Assembly: GCA_947457105.1 (NCBI GenBank)
Contig: CANGUP010000001.1
Span: 3,878 to 67,877, forward strand
Length of the DNA stretch: 64,000 nt
Reading direction: 5' to 3'
From: Flavobacteriaceae bacterium
Lineage (GTDB): Bacteria > Bacteroidota > Bacteroidia > Flavobacteriales > Flavobacteriaceae
Position 1 is the stretch's first letter. Every line of letters starts with the position of its first letter. Under the pieces are notes generated by a model. The model worked only from the letters and a program-made list of their open reading frames with translations. It was not told where the DNA came from and did not search any database. Positions 29,771 to 40,300 of this stretch are shown in pieces. The position numbers were made by a program, and so were the translations under genes.

Positions 29771-30067
29771 ATGCGAGTAGAAACAATAATTGAAGCCAAT
29801 GATTTTCCTGAAGCAAGAAAACCTGCTTATCAATTGATGATAGATTTTGGTGCTGAAATCGGAATAAAAAAATCGTCGGCACAAAATACTAAACGTTGTT
29901 CTAAAGAAGAATTAATTGGAAAACAAATCATAGCAGTTGTGAACTTCCCAAAGAAACAAATTGGAAAATTCATGAGTGAATGTTTAGTTTTAGGTTCCGT
30001 AAATGAAGATGAAGTAGTTCTTTTATCATCCGATTTAAAAGTAGAAAACGGCTTGCGAATTGCATAA
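29771..30067 (+). CDS. tRNA-binding (CsaA-like, tRNA_bind OB-fold) protein, apparently N-terminally shortened
   Basis: 98 aa. MRVETIIEANDFPEARKPAYQLMIDFGAEIGIKKSSAQ...VNFPKKQIGKFMSECLVLG. Upstream in frame, FRKVE is preceded by TGA (29753-29755). Confidence 0.75.
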   Translation: MRVETIIEANDFPEARKPAYQLMIDFGAEIGIKKSSAQNTKRCSKEELIGKQIIAVVNFPKKQIGKFMSECLVLGSVNEDEVVLLSSDLKVENGLRIA

Positions 30068-30195
30068 AAAACTCCAATTAATTTTTGATGTTTTTTTTAT
30101 CATAGAATGCGGAGTTTTAATAGAATAATTTAAATGTGTTAAGTGAAATTTTCATAATTAAATCAGATTCATTTAAAAAATTAATCAGTTCAACA

Positions 30196-30378
30196 TCATA
30201 ACTTTGATAATTCAGAATAAATTAGCCAAAGACCTAAAATAATAAAGCCAAAAAGGCCACCATATATTCGAATTCTGTACATGTCAAGTGATTTTTTTGT
30301 ATGTGCAATTTCCATAATCAAAAATAACACGCCTCCAAAAAAAAATAAAATCCCTAAAAAAAATATATATAAATCCAT
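30196..30378 (-). CDS. hypothetical small 2-TM protein
   Basis: 60 aa from the internal Met (MDLYIFFLGILFFFGG...). The longer 130-aa track ORF overlaps the neighbouring ORF in another frame. Confidence 0.4.
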   Translation of the reverse strand: MDLYIFFLGILFFFGGVLFLIMEIAHTKKSLDMYRIRIYGGLFGFIILGLWLIYSELSKL

Positions 30379-30454
30379 ATTATTACTTTTTGATAACAAG
30401 CTACTCAAAATATTCTTTCTTGTAATACAGAGCTTTTCATAGGATGCGAATTGC

Positions 30455-30670
30455 TTAGTTTTGTTTTCTACGTTTATTAGCCATATACATATTAAAAACT
30501 GAAAGTAGAATAAATAACACCGGAACAACGAAGTAGAATTTTCGTTCTTCAAAGGAATCGTTTTGTTGGATTTGTTGGTAATTATCATAAATAATATACA
30601 ACCAAAATAAAATGATTATTAGATTCAAATGAAAAGCATACTTGTTTAAAAAAGCTAGAATTTTTTGCAT
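30455..30670 (-). CDS. hypothetical small 2-TM protein
   Basis: 71 aa with two hydrophobic helices and a basic C-terminus. Confidence 0.45.
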   Translation of the reverse strand: MQKILAFLNKYAFHLNLIIILFWLYIIYDNYQQIQQNDSFEERKFYFVVPVLFILLSVFNMYMANKRRKQN

Positions 30671-30680
30671 AGTTTAAAAA

Positions 30681-30714
30681 TTAAAAACTCCAAAAATCTT
30701 TCAACTTTTGGAGT
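30681..30714 (-). terminator. hairpin terminator downstream of the DUF3276 gene
   Basis: ACTCCAAAA (30687-30695) pairs with TTTTGGAGT (30706-30714). T-rich on both sides. Confidence 0.65.
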
Positions 30715-30725
30715 CTGTTTTTGTT

Positions 30726-31106
30726 TTAAATATCATCAAAATCAATATCGGTAAAGCTAGTTGTCTTTGGTTCTTCTTCGCCTTCTGTTTTTTCGGTGAA
30801 ATATTCTTTTTTGAAATCTTTTTGGTGTCTTTCAGAAATTACTTCTTCACCTTTATTGTTTAATACAAACGATGTCATTTCGTCTAAAATTTCTTTGAAA
30901 GCTGTAAAATCTTCCTTGTACAAATAAATTTTATGCTTTTTAAAGTGAAATGATCCATCCTCTTCGGTAAATTTTTTACTTTCAGTAATGGTAATGTAGT
31001 AATCTTCAGCTTTTGTAGCTCTTACATCAAAGAAATAAGTCCTTCTTCCTGCTCTTAGTACTTTAGAAAAAATTTCATCTTTTTCTAACATGTCGTGTTC
31101 TCTCAT
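30726..31106 (-). CDS. DUF3276 (PUR-alpha/beta-like nucleic-acid-binding) protein
   Basis: 126 aa. RAGRRTYFFDVRATKAEDYYITITESKK...KIYLYKEDF matches the family as recalled. Confidence 0.8.
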   Translation of the reverse strand: MREHDMLEKDEIFSKVLRAGRRTYFFDVRATKAEDYYITITESKKFTEEDGSFHFKKHKIYLYKEDFTAFKEILDEMTSFVLNNKGEEVISERHQKDFKKEYFTEKTEGEEEPKTTSFTDIDFDDI

Positions 31107-31174
31107 ATTCGTTCTGTCAATTAGTGTAGTTTTTCTTTTACGAAAATGATAAAAAAAATGTTACGATGCAAGAA

Positions 31175-32953
31175 TTATTCTACTTCTTTTTCAGAAAGTT
31201 GTTTGTAATAAAGTTCTTTGTAATAGCCTTCTTGGTTTACTAATTGATTATGAGAACCTTGTTGGATAATTTTTCCTTCCTCTAAAATTATAATTATATC
31301 AGCATTTTTTGCTGAGGAAACTCTATGACTAACAATTATGGTAGTTTTATCTTTAGAAATTTCCAATAAATTATTCAAAATTTTCTCTTCTGTTTCTGTG
31401 TCAACAGCTGAAAGGCAATCATCAAAAAGTAGAATTTCAGGGTTTTTTATAATCGCTCTGGCAATAGAAACACGTTGTTTTTGTCCGCCAGAAAGTGTAA
31501 TTCCTCTTTCACCAAGAATGGTTTCATATTGTTGATTGAATTGAATTATATTATCGTGAACTACCGATTTTCTTGCAGCTTCAAATACTTCTTCATCAGT
31601 AGCATTTTCTTTTCCAAATTTGATATTATTCTTTATAGTATCTGAAAACAAAAAAGCATCCTGCGGAACAATTCCGATGCTGTTTCTTAAATCATATAAA
31701 TTTAGTTCCGCCAAAGGAGTTCCGTCCATTAAAATAGTACCAACTTTAATATCGTGCATTCTTGTAATTAATGTAAGAATACTCGATTTTCCTGAACCTG
31801 TTTTACCTAAAATTGCAAGAGTTTGCCCTTTTGCAACTTTAAAGGAAATATCTTTCAAAGCTTCAATATTGGTGTCATCATAAGTAAAACTCACATTTTT
31901 AAATTCAATTTCACCTTTAATTACAGAATGATTTGGATTGGTATTTTTAATTTCAGGTTCCACTTTTAAGAATTCGTTCAATCTTTTTTGAGATGCTTCT
32001 GCTTCTTGTACTAACGATGAAACCCAACCAATTGTAGCTACAGGCCAAGTAAGCATGTTTACATATAAAATAAATTCTGCAATTTTTCCGATGCTATCAA
32101 TTTCACCATTGATGTACATCATTCCACCAAAATAAATCACAACCAAGTTACTTACACCAATCAAAGTCACCATCAATGGTCCAAAAAATGATTGAACGTT
32201 TGCCAAACTCATACTCTTTGATTTGCTTTCTTTAGCTAAATCAATAATATTATTTTGGTGTTGTTTTTCTAATCCGTAAGCTTTTATAACTCTAATTCCA
32301 GAAAAAACTTCTTGTGTATAACTTGAGATTTTTGATAAATATTGCTGAAAAATAGTACTTCGTTTGTTGATTTCAACACTCAATTTGAAAATGATAAACG
32401 ATAAAATAGGCAAGGGTAGAATTGTGTATAATGTTAATCTTGGCGAAACATTATACATATAGATAATTACAATTGTAAAAGTAATTAAAGTATTTATAGT
32501 GTACATCACCGCTGGACCAACATACATTCTTACTTTTCCAACATCTTCACTAATTCTACTCATCAAATCTCCTGTGCGATTTTGTTTGTAAAAATTCTGA
32601 TCTAAAACTTCATAATGCTTGAAGACTTCATTTTTCAAATCAAACTCAATATGACGCGACATTACAATTAAGGTTTGACGCATCAAGAAAGTTAAAATAC
32701 CAGCAATTAGTGTTGTGCCAATTATAAACAATACATATTCAATAAGTTGGTACTTGTAAGTTTCAATAATTATTGGATCAATTTTCTTAAAATTTGGTAA
32801 TCTATCATGCTCTTCAATAGCTTTGAAAGTTTTACTTATCAAATCAGGAGTAAACAATCTAAAGATTTGTGCTACAATAGTTATGACGATACCTAATAAA
32901 AATCGGTATTGATATTTTACAAAATATTTATTTAAATATTGTAATTCTTTCAT
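31175..32953 (-). CDS. ABC exporter, fused permease/ATPase (MsbA/MdlB-like)
   Basis: 592 aa. Six-TM domain, Walker A GKTGSGKSS, LSGGQKQR, Walker B LLFDDCLSAVD. Confidence 0.9.
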   Translation of the reverse strand: MKELQYLNKYFVKYQYRFLLGIVITIVAQIFRLFTPDLISKTFKAIEEHDRLPNFKKIDPIIIETYKYQLIEYVLFIIGTTLIAGILTFLMRQTLIVMSRHIEFDLKNEVFKHYEVLDQNFYKQNRTGDLMSRISEDVGKVRMYVGPAVMYTINTLITFTIVIIYMYNVSPRLTLYTILPLPILSFIIFKLSVEINKRSTIFQQYLSKISSYTQEVFSGIRVIKAYGLEKQHQNNIIDLAKESKSKSMSLANVQSFFGPLMVTLIGVSNLVVIYFGGMMYINGEIDSIGKIAEFILYVNMLTWPVATIGWVSSLVQEAEASQKRLNEFLKVEPEIKNTNPNHSVIKGEIEFKNVSFTYDDTNIEALKDISFKVAKGQTLAILGKTGSGKSSILTLITRMHDIKVGTILMDGTPLAELNLYDLRNSIGIVPQDAFLFSDTIKNNIKFGKENATDEEVFEAARKSVVHDNIIQFNQQYETILGERGITLSGGQKQRVSIARAIIKNPEILLFDDCLSAVDTETEEKILNNLLEISKDKTTIIVSHRVSSAKNADIIIILEEGKIIQQGSHNQLVNQEGYYKELYYKQLSEKEVE

Positions 32954-33147
32954 TTTAATTCTTTAATTATTTGCGGAAATACCTCTATAATTGTTAAAAT
33001 GATAGAAATAATTCATTATTAAAATATTCAGTAAAAATTAATTTTATTAATAATATGCTAATTAAAACTAAATTTCATGAATTATTTTGAATAAAAAGTT
33101 AAATTTGCGATGACTTATTGATAAAGTCGCAACACAAATATATTTTT

Positions 33148-34251
33148 ATGACTACAGAAATCACAACTCCAAAAGAGCTTCAAAAAATGGATCCAGTCTT
33201 CGGACAGCTATCATTTGATAATCACGAGCAAATTGTTTTTTGCAACGACAAAGATACAGGATTAAAAGCAATAATTGGTATTCACAATTCAGTTTTAGGG
33301 CCAGCTTTGGGTGGAACTAGAATGTGGAATTATGTAAATGAATGGGAGGCATTAAACGATGTTTTACGTCTTTCTCGTGGCATGACTTATAAATCTGCAA
33401 TTACAGGTTTAGATCTTGGTGGAGGAAAAGCAGTTATTATAGGTGACGCTAAAACTCAAAAAACGCCAGAAATGATGCGTAAATTTGGTGAGTTTGTTCA
33501 TTCATTATCAGGAAGATATATCACTGCTGAAGATGTTGGTATGGTAACTGCCGATATGGATACAGTTCGTGATGTAACTCCATACGTAACAGGAATTTCA
33601 GAATCTCGTGGTGGATCAGGTAATCCTTCTCCGGTAACCGCTTATGGTGTTTATATGGGAATGAAAGCTGCTGCCAAGTACCAATTTGGTTCAGATAATT
33701 TAGACGGTAAAAAAATATTAGTTCAAGGAATTGGTCACGTTGGTGAAACTTTAGTTGAGTATTTAACTAAAGAAGGTGCTTTGGTGCAAATTGCCGATAT
33801 CAACGAAGGAAGACTTGAAGAAGTTAGCAAAAAGTATGGCGCTTCAATTTATACAGGAAGCGATTTATATACTGCAGATGTTGATATTTATGCACCTTGC
33901 GCACTTGGAGCAACTATTAACGACGATACAGTTTACAAGATAAATGCTAAAGTTATTGCAGGAGCAGCAAACAATCAGTTGGCAAATGAAAACGTTCACG
34001 GACCAATTTTGCAAGAAAGAGGTATAGTTTATGCGCCAGATTTCTTAATCAACGCTGGTGGAATTATCAATGTTTATGCAGAAATTGCTCATTACGACAA
34101 AGCAGAATCAATGCGTAGAACAGAAAATATCTACAATACAACTTTAGAGATTTTTGATTATGCTAAAGCAAACAATTTGACGCCTCAAAAAGCGGCAATG
34201 GCAATTGCAGAAGTTAGAATCGAACAAAGAAAAAAAGAAAACGCTAAATAG
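33148..34251 (+). CDS. Leu/Phe/Val dehydrogenase family (amino-acid dehydrogenase)
   Basis: GGTRMW, GLDLGGGKAVI (catalytic Lys region) and Rossmann motif VQGIGHVG. I prefer the ATG at 33148 (MTTEITTPK) over the TTG at 33118. Confidence 0.88.
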   Translation: MTTEITTPKELQKMDPVFGQLSFDNHEQIVFCNDKDTGLKAIIGIHNSVLGPALGGTRMWNYVNEWEALNDVLRLSRGMTYKSAITGLDLGGGKAVIIGDAKTQKTPEMMRKFGEFVHSLSGRYITAEDVGMVTADMDTVRDVTPYVTGISESRGGSGNPSPVTAYGVYMGMKAAAKYQFGSDNLDGKKILVQGIGHVGETLVEYLTKEGALVQIADINEGRLEEVSKKYGASIYTGSDLYTADVDIYAPCALGATINDDTVYKINAKVIAGAANNQLANENVHGPILQERGIVYAPDFLINAGGIINVYAEIAHYDKAESMRRTENIYNTTLEIFDYAKANNLTPQKAAMAIAEVRIEQRKKENAK

Positions 34252-34283
34252 TTAAGTGTTTAAAAAAAATAGTTTTATTTTTG

Positions 34284-34322
34284 CAAAGCGAAAGAGCAAA
34301 TTCTTTCGCTTTGTTAATTTTT
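34284..34322 (+). terminator. Rho-independent terminator after the dehydrogenase gene
   Basis: CAAAGCGAAAG (34284-34294) pairs with CTTTCGCTTTG (34303-34313), 11 bp perfect, with a T-rich tail. Confidence 0.7.
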
Positions 34323-34336
34323 AAAAGTTCTTATCC

Positions 34337-35278
34337 GTGTTAAACAGAAGGCATATCCGTATAAAAGTGATGCAAGCTATTTATGCTATGCACCAAAGTG
34401 GTTCTGACGATCTTGAAAAACAAGAAAAATTTTTGCAAGCTAGTCTAGAAAATATTTTAGATTTATATCTAATAATGTTGTCTTCTTTAGTCGAAATTCG
34501 AAAAAAGGAAATAAAACACATCGAAATTGCTCAGAAAAAGCATCTTGCTACACCAGAAGAGCGAAATCCAAATCAACGTTTTGTTAATAATCCTATTCTT
34601 GTTGCTTTAGAAGAAAGTAATTCCTTGAGTATTGCTGTAGAAAAAAGAAAAATCAACAACTGGCAAGCAAATGATGATACCATTTTATTGCTTTTGCAAG
34701 ATATAAAGCAAAGTGTTTTGTATCAGAATTATATGGCTAAAAAAGTAGTTACTTTTGAAGAAGAGCGTTTTTTTGTGGTGGATATGTTCTCTGAATTGAT
34801 TGCTCCAAATGAAAAATTATATTCTTACTTAGAGGATTTTAAATTGACTTGGGTAGATGATATTCCTGTAGTAAACACTCAAATTCAAAAGCAATTGCGT
34901 CATATGTCAGCTGATGCTGATTTGATAAAAGTTCCTACAATTTATAAAGACGAAGAAGATAAAGATTTTGCATCAGCATTGTTTAGAAAAACAGTGTTAA
35001 ACGAAAGTGAATTAGCAAAAGAATTTATTGATAAAACGCCAAATTGGGATGTAGAAAGAATAGCCGAATTGGATACGATAATTTTGAAAATGGCTATTTG
35101 CGAATTTTTAAAATTTCCATCAATTCCTTTGAAAGTTACTATTAATGAATATTTAGAACTTGCAAAAGAATACTCAACACCAAAAAGTAGTCTTTTTATT
35201 AATGGAATTTTAGATAATCTTGTAAAAGATTTCCAAAAAAATAATAGAGTTAATAAAGCCGGAAGAGGTTTAATATAA
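34337..35278 (+). CDS. nusB: transcription antitermination factor NusB (long Bacteroidota form)
   Basis: 313 aa. GTG start. N-terminus LNRRHIRIKVMQAIYAM and C-terminal NusB fold (EYLELAKEYSTPKSSLFINGILD). Confidence 0.88.
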   Translation: MLNRRHIRIKVMQAIYAMHQSGSDDLEKQEKFLQASLENILDLYLIMLSSLVEIRKKEIKHIEIAQKKHLATPEERNPNQRFVNNPILVALEESNSLSIAVEKRKINNWQANDDTILLLLQDIKQSVLYQNYMAKKVVTFEEERFFVVDMFSELIAPNEKLYSYLEDFKLTWVDDIPVVNTQIQKQLRHMSADADLIKVPTIYKDEEDKDFASALFRKTVLNESELAKEFIDKTPNWDVERIAELDTIILKMAICEFLKFPSIPLKVTINEYLELAKEYSTPKSSLFINGILDNLVKDFQKNNRVNKAGRGLI

Positions 35279-35297
35279 ATTTAAATAATAAAAAAAT

Positions 35298-35573
35298 ATG
35301 GAACAGATAAGTCAATTTTTACCGTTTATTCTAATGTTTGTTGTAATCTATTTATTTATGATAGTGCCACAACAAAAGAAAGCTAAAAAAGAGAAAGAGT
35401 TTGAAAGTAGTTTAAAAGTTGGTGATAAAATAGTCACTAAAAGTGGTTTTCATGGTAAAATTGCTGAATTAGCTGAAACTACTGTTGTTATCGAAACAAT
35501 GTCAGGAAAATTAAAAATGGAAAAATCGGCTATTTCACTTGATATGAGTGCTGCTTTAAACAAGAAAGCATAA
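35298..35573 (+). CDS. yajC: preprotein translocase subunit YajC
   Basis: 91 aa. A single TM helix followed by PQQKKAKKEKEF...GDKIVTKSGFHGKI. Confidence 0.88.
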   Translation: MEQISQFLPFILMFVVIYLFMIVPQQKKAKKEKEFESSLKVGDKIVTKSGFHGKIAELAETTVVIETMSGKLKMEKSAISLDMSAALNKKA

Positions 35574-35590
35574 GCTTAGATTCCAATATT

Positions 35591-35637
35591 AAAAAAAATC
35601 CCAAATTTCAAATGATGAAGTTTGGGATTTTTTTTTG
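35591..35637. terminator. bidirectional terminator between yajC and pepT
   Basis: AATCCCAAA (35597-35605) pairs with TTTGGGATT (35621-35629), flanked by A8 and T9 runs. Confidence 0.75.
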
Positions 35638-35639
35638 TT

Positions 35640-36893
35640 TTATTTCTCTGAAAAATCTGTTGTGGCTGTTAACTCAGCAATTTTTACAATTACATCAACG
35701 GCTTTTTGCATACTTTCTACAGGAACATATTCATACTTCCCATGAAAATTATGACCACCAGCAAATATATTCGGACAAGGTAATCCCATGTAAGATAATC
35801 TTGAGCCGTCTGTTCCTCCACGAATTGGTTTTATTAATGGTATGATTCCTAATTGCTTCATAGCTTCTTCGGCTAAATCTACAATAAACATCATTGGTTC
35901 AACCTTTTCGCGCATGTTGTAATATTGGTCTTTAACTTCTGCAATGCAAATATCTTCGCCAAATTGTTGAGCGAATTTTTTATTAATTCCTTCAGCAATT
36001 TCTAAAACTTTATTTTTTCTTTCTTGAAATAAATTGGTGTCATGATCACGAATAATCAATTCAACTACGCTTTCTTCAATACTTCCTGAAAGACCTACAA
36101 CATGGTAAAATCCTTCATAATCTTCTGTTTCTTGAGGAATTTCATTCTTTGGTAATTGGTTTATAAAATCATTTGCAATAAGCATTGAATTTATCATTTT
36201 ACCTTTTGCATAACCAGGATGTACACTTTTTCCTTTGAATTTGATTTTTGCTCCAGCAGCATTAAAGTTTTCATACTCTAATTCACCAATCTGACTTCCG
36301 TCCATAGTGTAAGCCCATTTTGCACCAAATTTCTCTACATCAAAAATATCAGCACCACGACCAATTTCCTCATCAGGTGTAAATCCAACTCTTATTTTTC
36401 CATGCTTAATTTCAGGATGTTGCACTAAATATTCCATAGCGGTAACAATTTCTGTTAATCCAGCTTTGTCGTCAGCTCCCAAAAGTGTTAATCCGTTTGT
36501 AGTAATTAAAGTTTGTCCTTTATAAAGTAATAAATCTTTAAAATAACTTGGAGAAAGAATGATGTTTTGCTCTTTATTCAAAACAATATCGCCACCATCA
36601 TAGTTTTCTACAATTTGTGGTTTTACATCTTTACCAGTAAAATCTGGAGATGTATCATAATGGGAAACAAATCCAATTGTTGGAACTTCATAGTCAACAT
36701 TGCTAGGTAATGTTCCCATAACGTAGCCATTTTTATCAATGGTAACTTCGGTTAATCCAATAGTATTTAATTCTTTAACTAATAAATTGGCAAGATCTAA
36801 TTGTTTTTTAGTACTTGGTGTTGTTGGAGAATTTGCATCCGATTCAGTATCGATAATGACATAGCTTATAAAGCGGTCGATGATGTTTTGCAT
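35640..36893 (-). CDS. pepT: peptidase T (tripeptide aminopeptidase, M20B)
   Basis: 417 aa. [15 protein letters not shown] and PDEEIGRGA metal-binding motifs. Confidence 0.93.
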   Translation of the reverse strand: MQNIIDRFISYVIIDTESDANSPTTPSTKKQLDLANLLVKELNTIGLTEVTIDKNGYVMGTLPSNVDYEVPTIGFVSHYDTSPDFTGKDVKPQIVENYDGGDIVLNKEQNIILSPSYFKDLLLYKGQTLITTNGLTLLGADDKAGLTEIVTAMEYLVQHPEIKHGKIRVGFTPDEEIGRGADIFDVEKFGAKWAYTMDGSQIGELEYENFNAAGAKIKFKGKSVHPGYAKGKMINSMLIANDFINQLPKNEIPQETEDYEGFYHVVGLSGSIEESVVELIIRDHDTNLFQERKNKVLEIAEGINKKFAQQFGEDICIAEVKDQYYNMREKVEPMMFIVDLAEEAMKQLGIIPLIKPIRGGTDGSRLSYMGLPCPNIFAGGHNFHGKYEYVPVESMQKAVDVIVKIAELTATTDFSEK

Positions 36894-36900
36894 GTTTTTT

Positions 36901-37242
36901 TTATAAAATATTTGTATTACTTAATCCTTTGAATAATCTAAATAAACCATAAATAATAGCTCCGTAGGTAATAAATCCAACTCCTGAAAAGGTTATTGCA
37001 ATTCCTACTACAAGCCAAATGGCTCCATATAGTATATCTTTGTTGGCTGCTGCTCTTTCCGTATCCATTAATTTATCTTCGCCATCAGCAATTAGTTTTT
37101 TTGCTGCTTCTTCGTCGATTCCTTTTTCTAATAAAGCTGCAATAATTAGTCGTTTAGGTTGTTCAGCAATTAGGCTAGAAATAACATACTCTTGAACGCT
37201 TTTTGGGTTTTCTTGATCGGATAATGTTTTGTTTTCAAACAT
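36901..37242 (-). CDS. hypothetical membrane protein
   Basis: 113 aa from [10 protein letters not shown]. Soluble N-terminal part plus two C-terminal TM helices. Lies 7 nt upstream of pepT. Confidence 0.55.
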   Translation of the reverse strand: MFENKTLSDQENPKSVQEYVISSLIAEQPKRLIIAALLEKGIDEEAAKKLIADGEDKLMDTERAAANKDILYGAIWLVVGIAITFSGVGFITYGAIIYGLFRLFKGLSNTNIL

Positions 37243-37263
37243 ATTTTTATTTTTTTTCAAATA

Positions 37264-37298
37264 TAAAAAAATCCTCAACTGCTTTCACAATTGAGGAT
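37264..37298 (-). terminator. Rho-independent terminator after secA
   Basis: ATCCTCAA (37271-37278) pairs with TTGAGGAT (37291-37298). A T-run follows on the minus strand (plus-strand A7 at 37264-37270). Confidence 0.7.
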
Positions 37299-37318
37299 TG
37301 TATTTTGAGCAAATTTAC

Positions 37319-40300
37319 TTATTCGTTAACGATAACCCATTCACCACTTGCAATCATACTTTCAGCTTTTTTGTATTTCAAGCTTTCTGTTTTTCCACTC
37401 ATAACGTGTTTGATAGTAATAGTATCGTTTCTGTTAATCTTAGGTTGATCACGAACGATAGTCTCTGTAACTTGACGTTGTTGTGTTTGTCCAGCTTCGC
37501 GGTTTTGTTCCGCTAGGGTGTCGCTATTTGGGATTTCATCTTTTGATTCAATGTAATCTTGCTTACGTCTTACTTCTCTTGCTTCTTGTATGTTATTGTT
37601 TTGCTGTGGTAAATCACCTTTAAACAAGAACGAAATAACTTCTTTATTTACGCCATCTAACATGGTTCTAAATAAATTAAAAGCTTCTAATTTATAAATT
37701 AGCAACGGATCTTTTTGTTCGTGAACAGCGAGTTGAACTGATTGTTTCAACTCATCCATTTTACGTAAGTGTTTTTTCCAAGCTTCATCAACAATTGCGA
37801 GTGTGATGTTTTTCTCAAAATCAGCAATTAATTGTGTTCCATGAGATTCGTATGCTTTTTTCAAATCGGTAACAACATTTAATGATTTGATACCATCTGT
37901 AAAAGGAACTATTATTCTCTCAAATGTGTTTCCTTCTTGCTCATAAACATTGGCAATGATTGGGAATGCTTCTCTAGCACTTCTTTCTGTTTTTTCAGTG
38001 TAATATTGCATTGCAGCTTTATAAACTTTACCAGTCAATTCCATTTCTGATAATTTCGCAAAATCACCTTCTGATACTGGTGAAGTTATAGAGAAATAAC
38101 GAATTAATTCAAATTCAAAGTTTTTAAAATCATTACTTGCTTTATTCTCACCAACGATTACTTCGCAAGTATCATACATCATATTTGCAATATCTAGTTT
38201 CAAACGTTCTCCATGTAAAGCATGACGACGACGTTTGTAAACTACTTCTCTTTGTGCATTCATAACGTCATCATATTCTAACAAACGTTTACGAGTACCA
38301 AAGTTATTTTCTTCTACTTTTTTCTGAGCTCTTTCGATAGATTTAGTCATCATAGAATGTTGAATCACTTCACCTTCTTTCAATCCCATTCTGTCCATCA
38401 CTTTTGCAACTCTATCAGAACCAAATAAACGCATTAAGTTATCTTCAAGAGAAACATAAAATTGAGAACTTCCTGGATCTCCTTGACGACCAGCACGACC
38501 ACGTAACTGACGGTCAACACGACGTGAATCGTGACGTTCAGTACCAATAATCGCTAAACCACCAGCAGCTTTTACTTCTGGAGTTAATTTAATATCGGTT
38601 CCACGACCAGCCATATTGGTTGCAATGGTTACTACTCCAGGTTTTCCTGCTTCAGCAACGATTTCTGCTTCACTTTTATGCATTTTGGCATTCAATACGT
38701 TGTGAGCAACACCACGCATTTTCAACATTCTACTCAATAATTCTGAAATTTCAACCGATGTTGTTCCAATTAATACAGGTCTTCCTGATGCAGATAATTG
38801 AGTTACATCTTCAATAACAGCATTAAATTTTTCACGAACAGAACGATAGATTAAATCTTCTTTATCATTTCTAGAAATTCCTCTGTTTGTTGGAATTTCA
38901 ACTACGTCTAATTTATAAATTTCCCAAAGCTCACCAGCTTCTGTAACTGCAGTTCCTGTCATACCAGCTAATTTACTGTACATACGGAAGTAGTTTTGAA
39001 GTGTAATTGTAGCAAAAGTTTGCGTTGCAGCTTCAATGGTTACTTGTTCTTTGGCTTCAATGGCTTGGTGTAATCCGTCTGAATAACGACGACCATCCAT
39101 AATACGACCAGTTTGCTCATCAACAATAAGAATTTTGTTATCCATGATAACATATTCTACATCTTTTTCAAAAAGAGTATAGGCTTTTAATAATTGGGTA
39201 AGCGTATGAATACGTTCCGATTTGATTCCGAAGTCTTGAAATAATTTTTCTTTTGCTTCAGCTTCTTTATCTTTCTCTAGATTTTGTTTTTCTATAGCAG
39301 CAATTTCAGTTCCAATATCTGGAAGTACGAAAAAGCTTTCATCAGTATCTTGTGATAGGAATTTGATTCCATTATCAGTTAATTCTACCTGATTATTTTT
39401 TTCTTCAATCACAAAATATAATGCTTCGTCAACAATTGGCATTTTGCGGTTGTTGTCTTGCATGTATTCATTTTCAGTTTTTTGTAAAAGTGCTTTTACA
39501 CCTTCTTCACTTAAAAATTTAATAAGTGCTTTGTTTTTAGGAAGAGAACGATAAGCTCTCAACAACTGAAAACCACCATCTTTAGTATTTCCTTCTTTTA
39601 TCAATTTTCTGGCTTCTGATAAAAATCCATTAGCAAGTTGACGTTGAAGATTGAATAAATTTTCAATTTTTGGTTTCAATTCGTTAAATTCATGACGATC
39701 ACCATCAGGAACTGGACCTGAAATAATTAATGGAGTTCTAGCATCATCAATCAATACAGAGTCAACCTCGTCGACAATAGCATAATTGTGTTTTCTTTGA
39801 ACCAAATCTTCTGGCGAATGTGCCATGTTATCTCTTAGGTAATCAAAACCAAATTCATTGTTTGTACCATAAGTAATATCAGCTTCATAAGCTTTTCTTC
39901 TTGCATCAGAATTTGGCGAATGGTTGTCAATACAATCAACTGTTATTCCGTGGAATTCAAAAAGAGGTGCTTTCCAGGTACTATCACGTTTTGCTAAGTA
40001 GTCATTTACAGTTACTAAATGAACTCCATTTCCAGTTAATGCATTTAAGTAAAGTGGAAGAGTAGCTACTAAAGTTTTTCCTTCTCCTGTTTGCATTTCC
40101 GCAATTTTCCCTTGATGTAAAACGATACCACCAATTAACTGAACATCATAGTGAATCATGTCCCAAGTGATTTCTTTTCCTGCAGCATTCCATTGGTTTG
40201 CCCAATTTGTTTGGTTTCCAACAAGAGTAATGTATGGTTTCGTAGCAGAAAGTTCTCTGTCTTTTTCTGTTGAAGTAACTGTAATTGTATTATTTTCTTT

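Noticed and set aside
30196-30588. The 130-aa ORF overlapping the 71-aa ORF 30455..30670, considered as a single frameshifted gene.
   Set aside because: The overlapping part (MIITNKSNKT...) has no hydrophobic or conserved character. The two hydrophobic units are each complete 2-TM modules with their own Met. I cannot show homology that would support a fusion, so I kept them as two low-confidence small ORFs.
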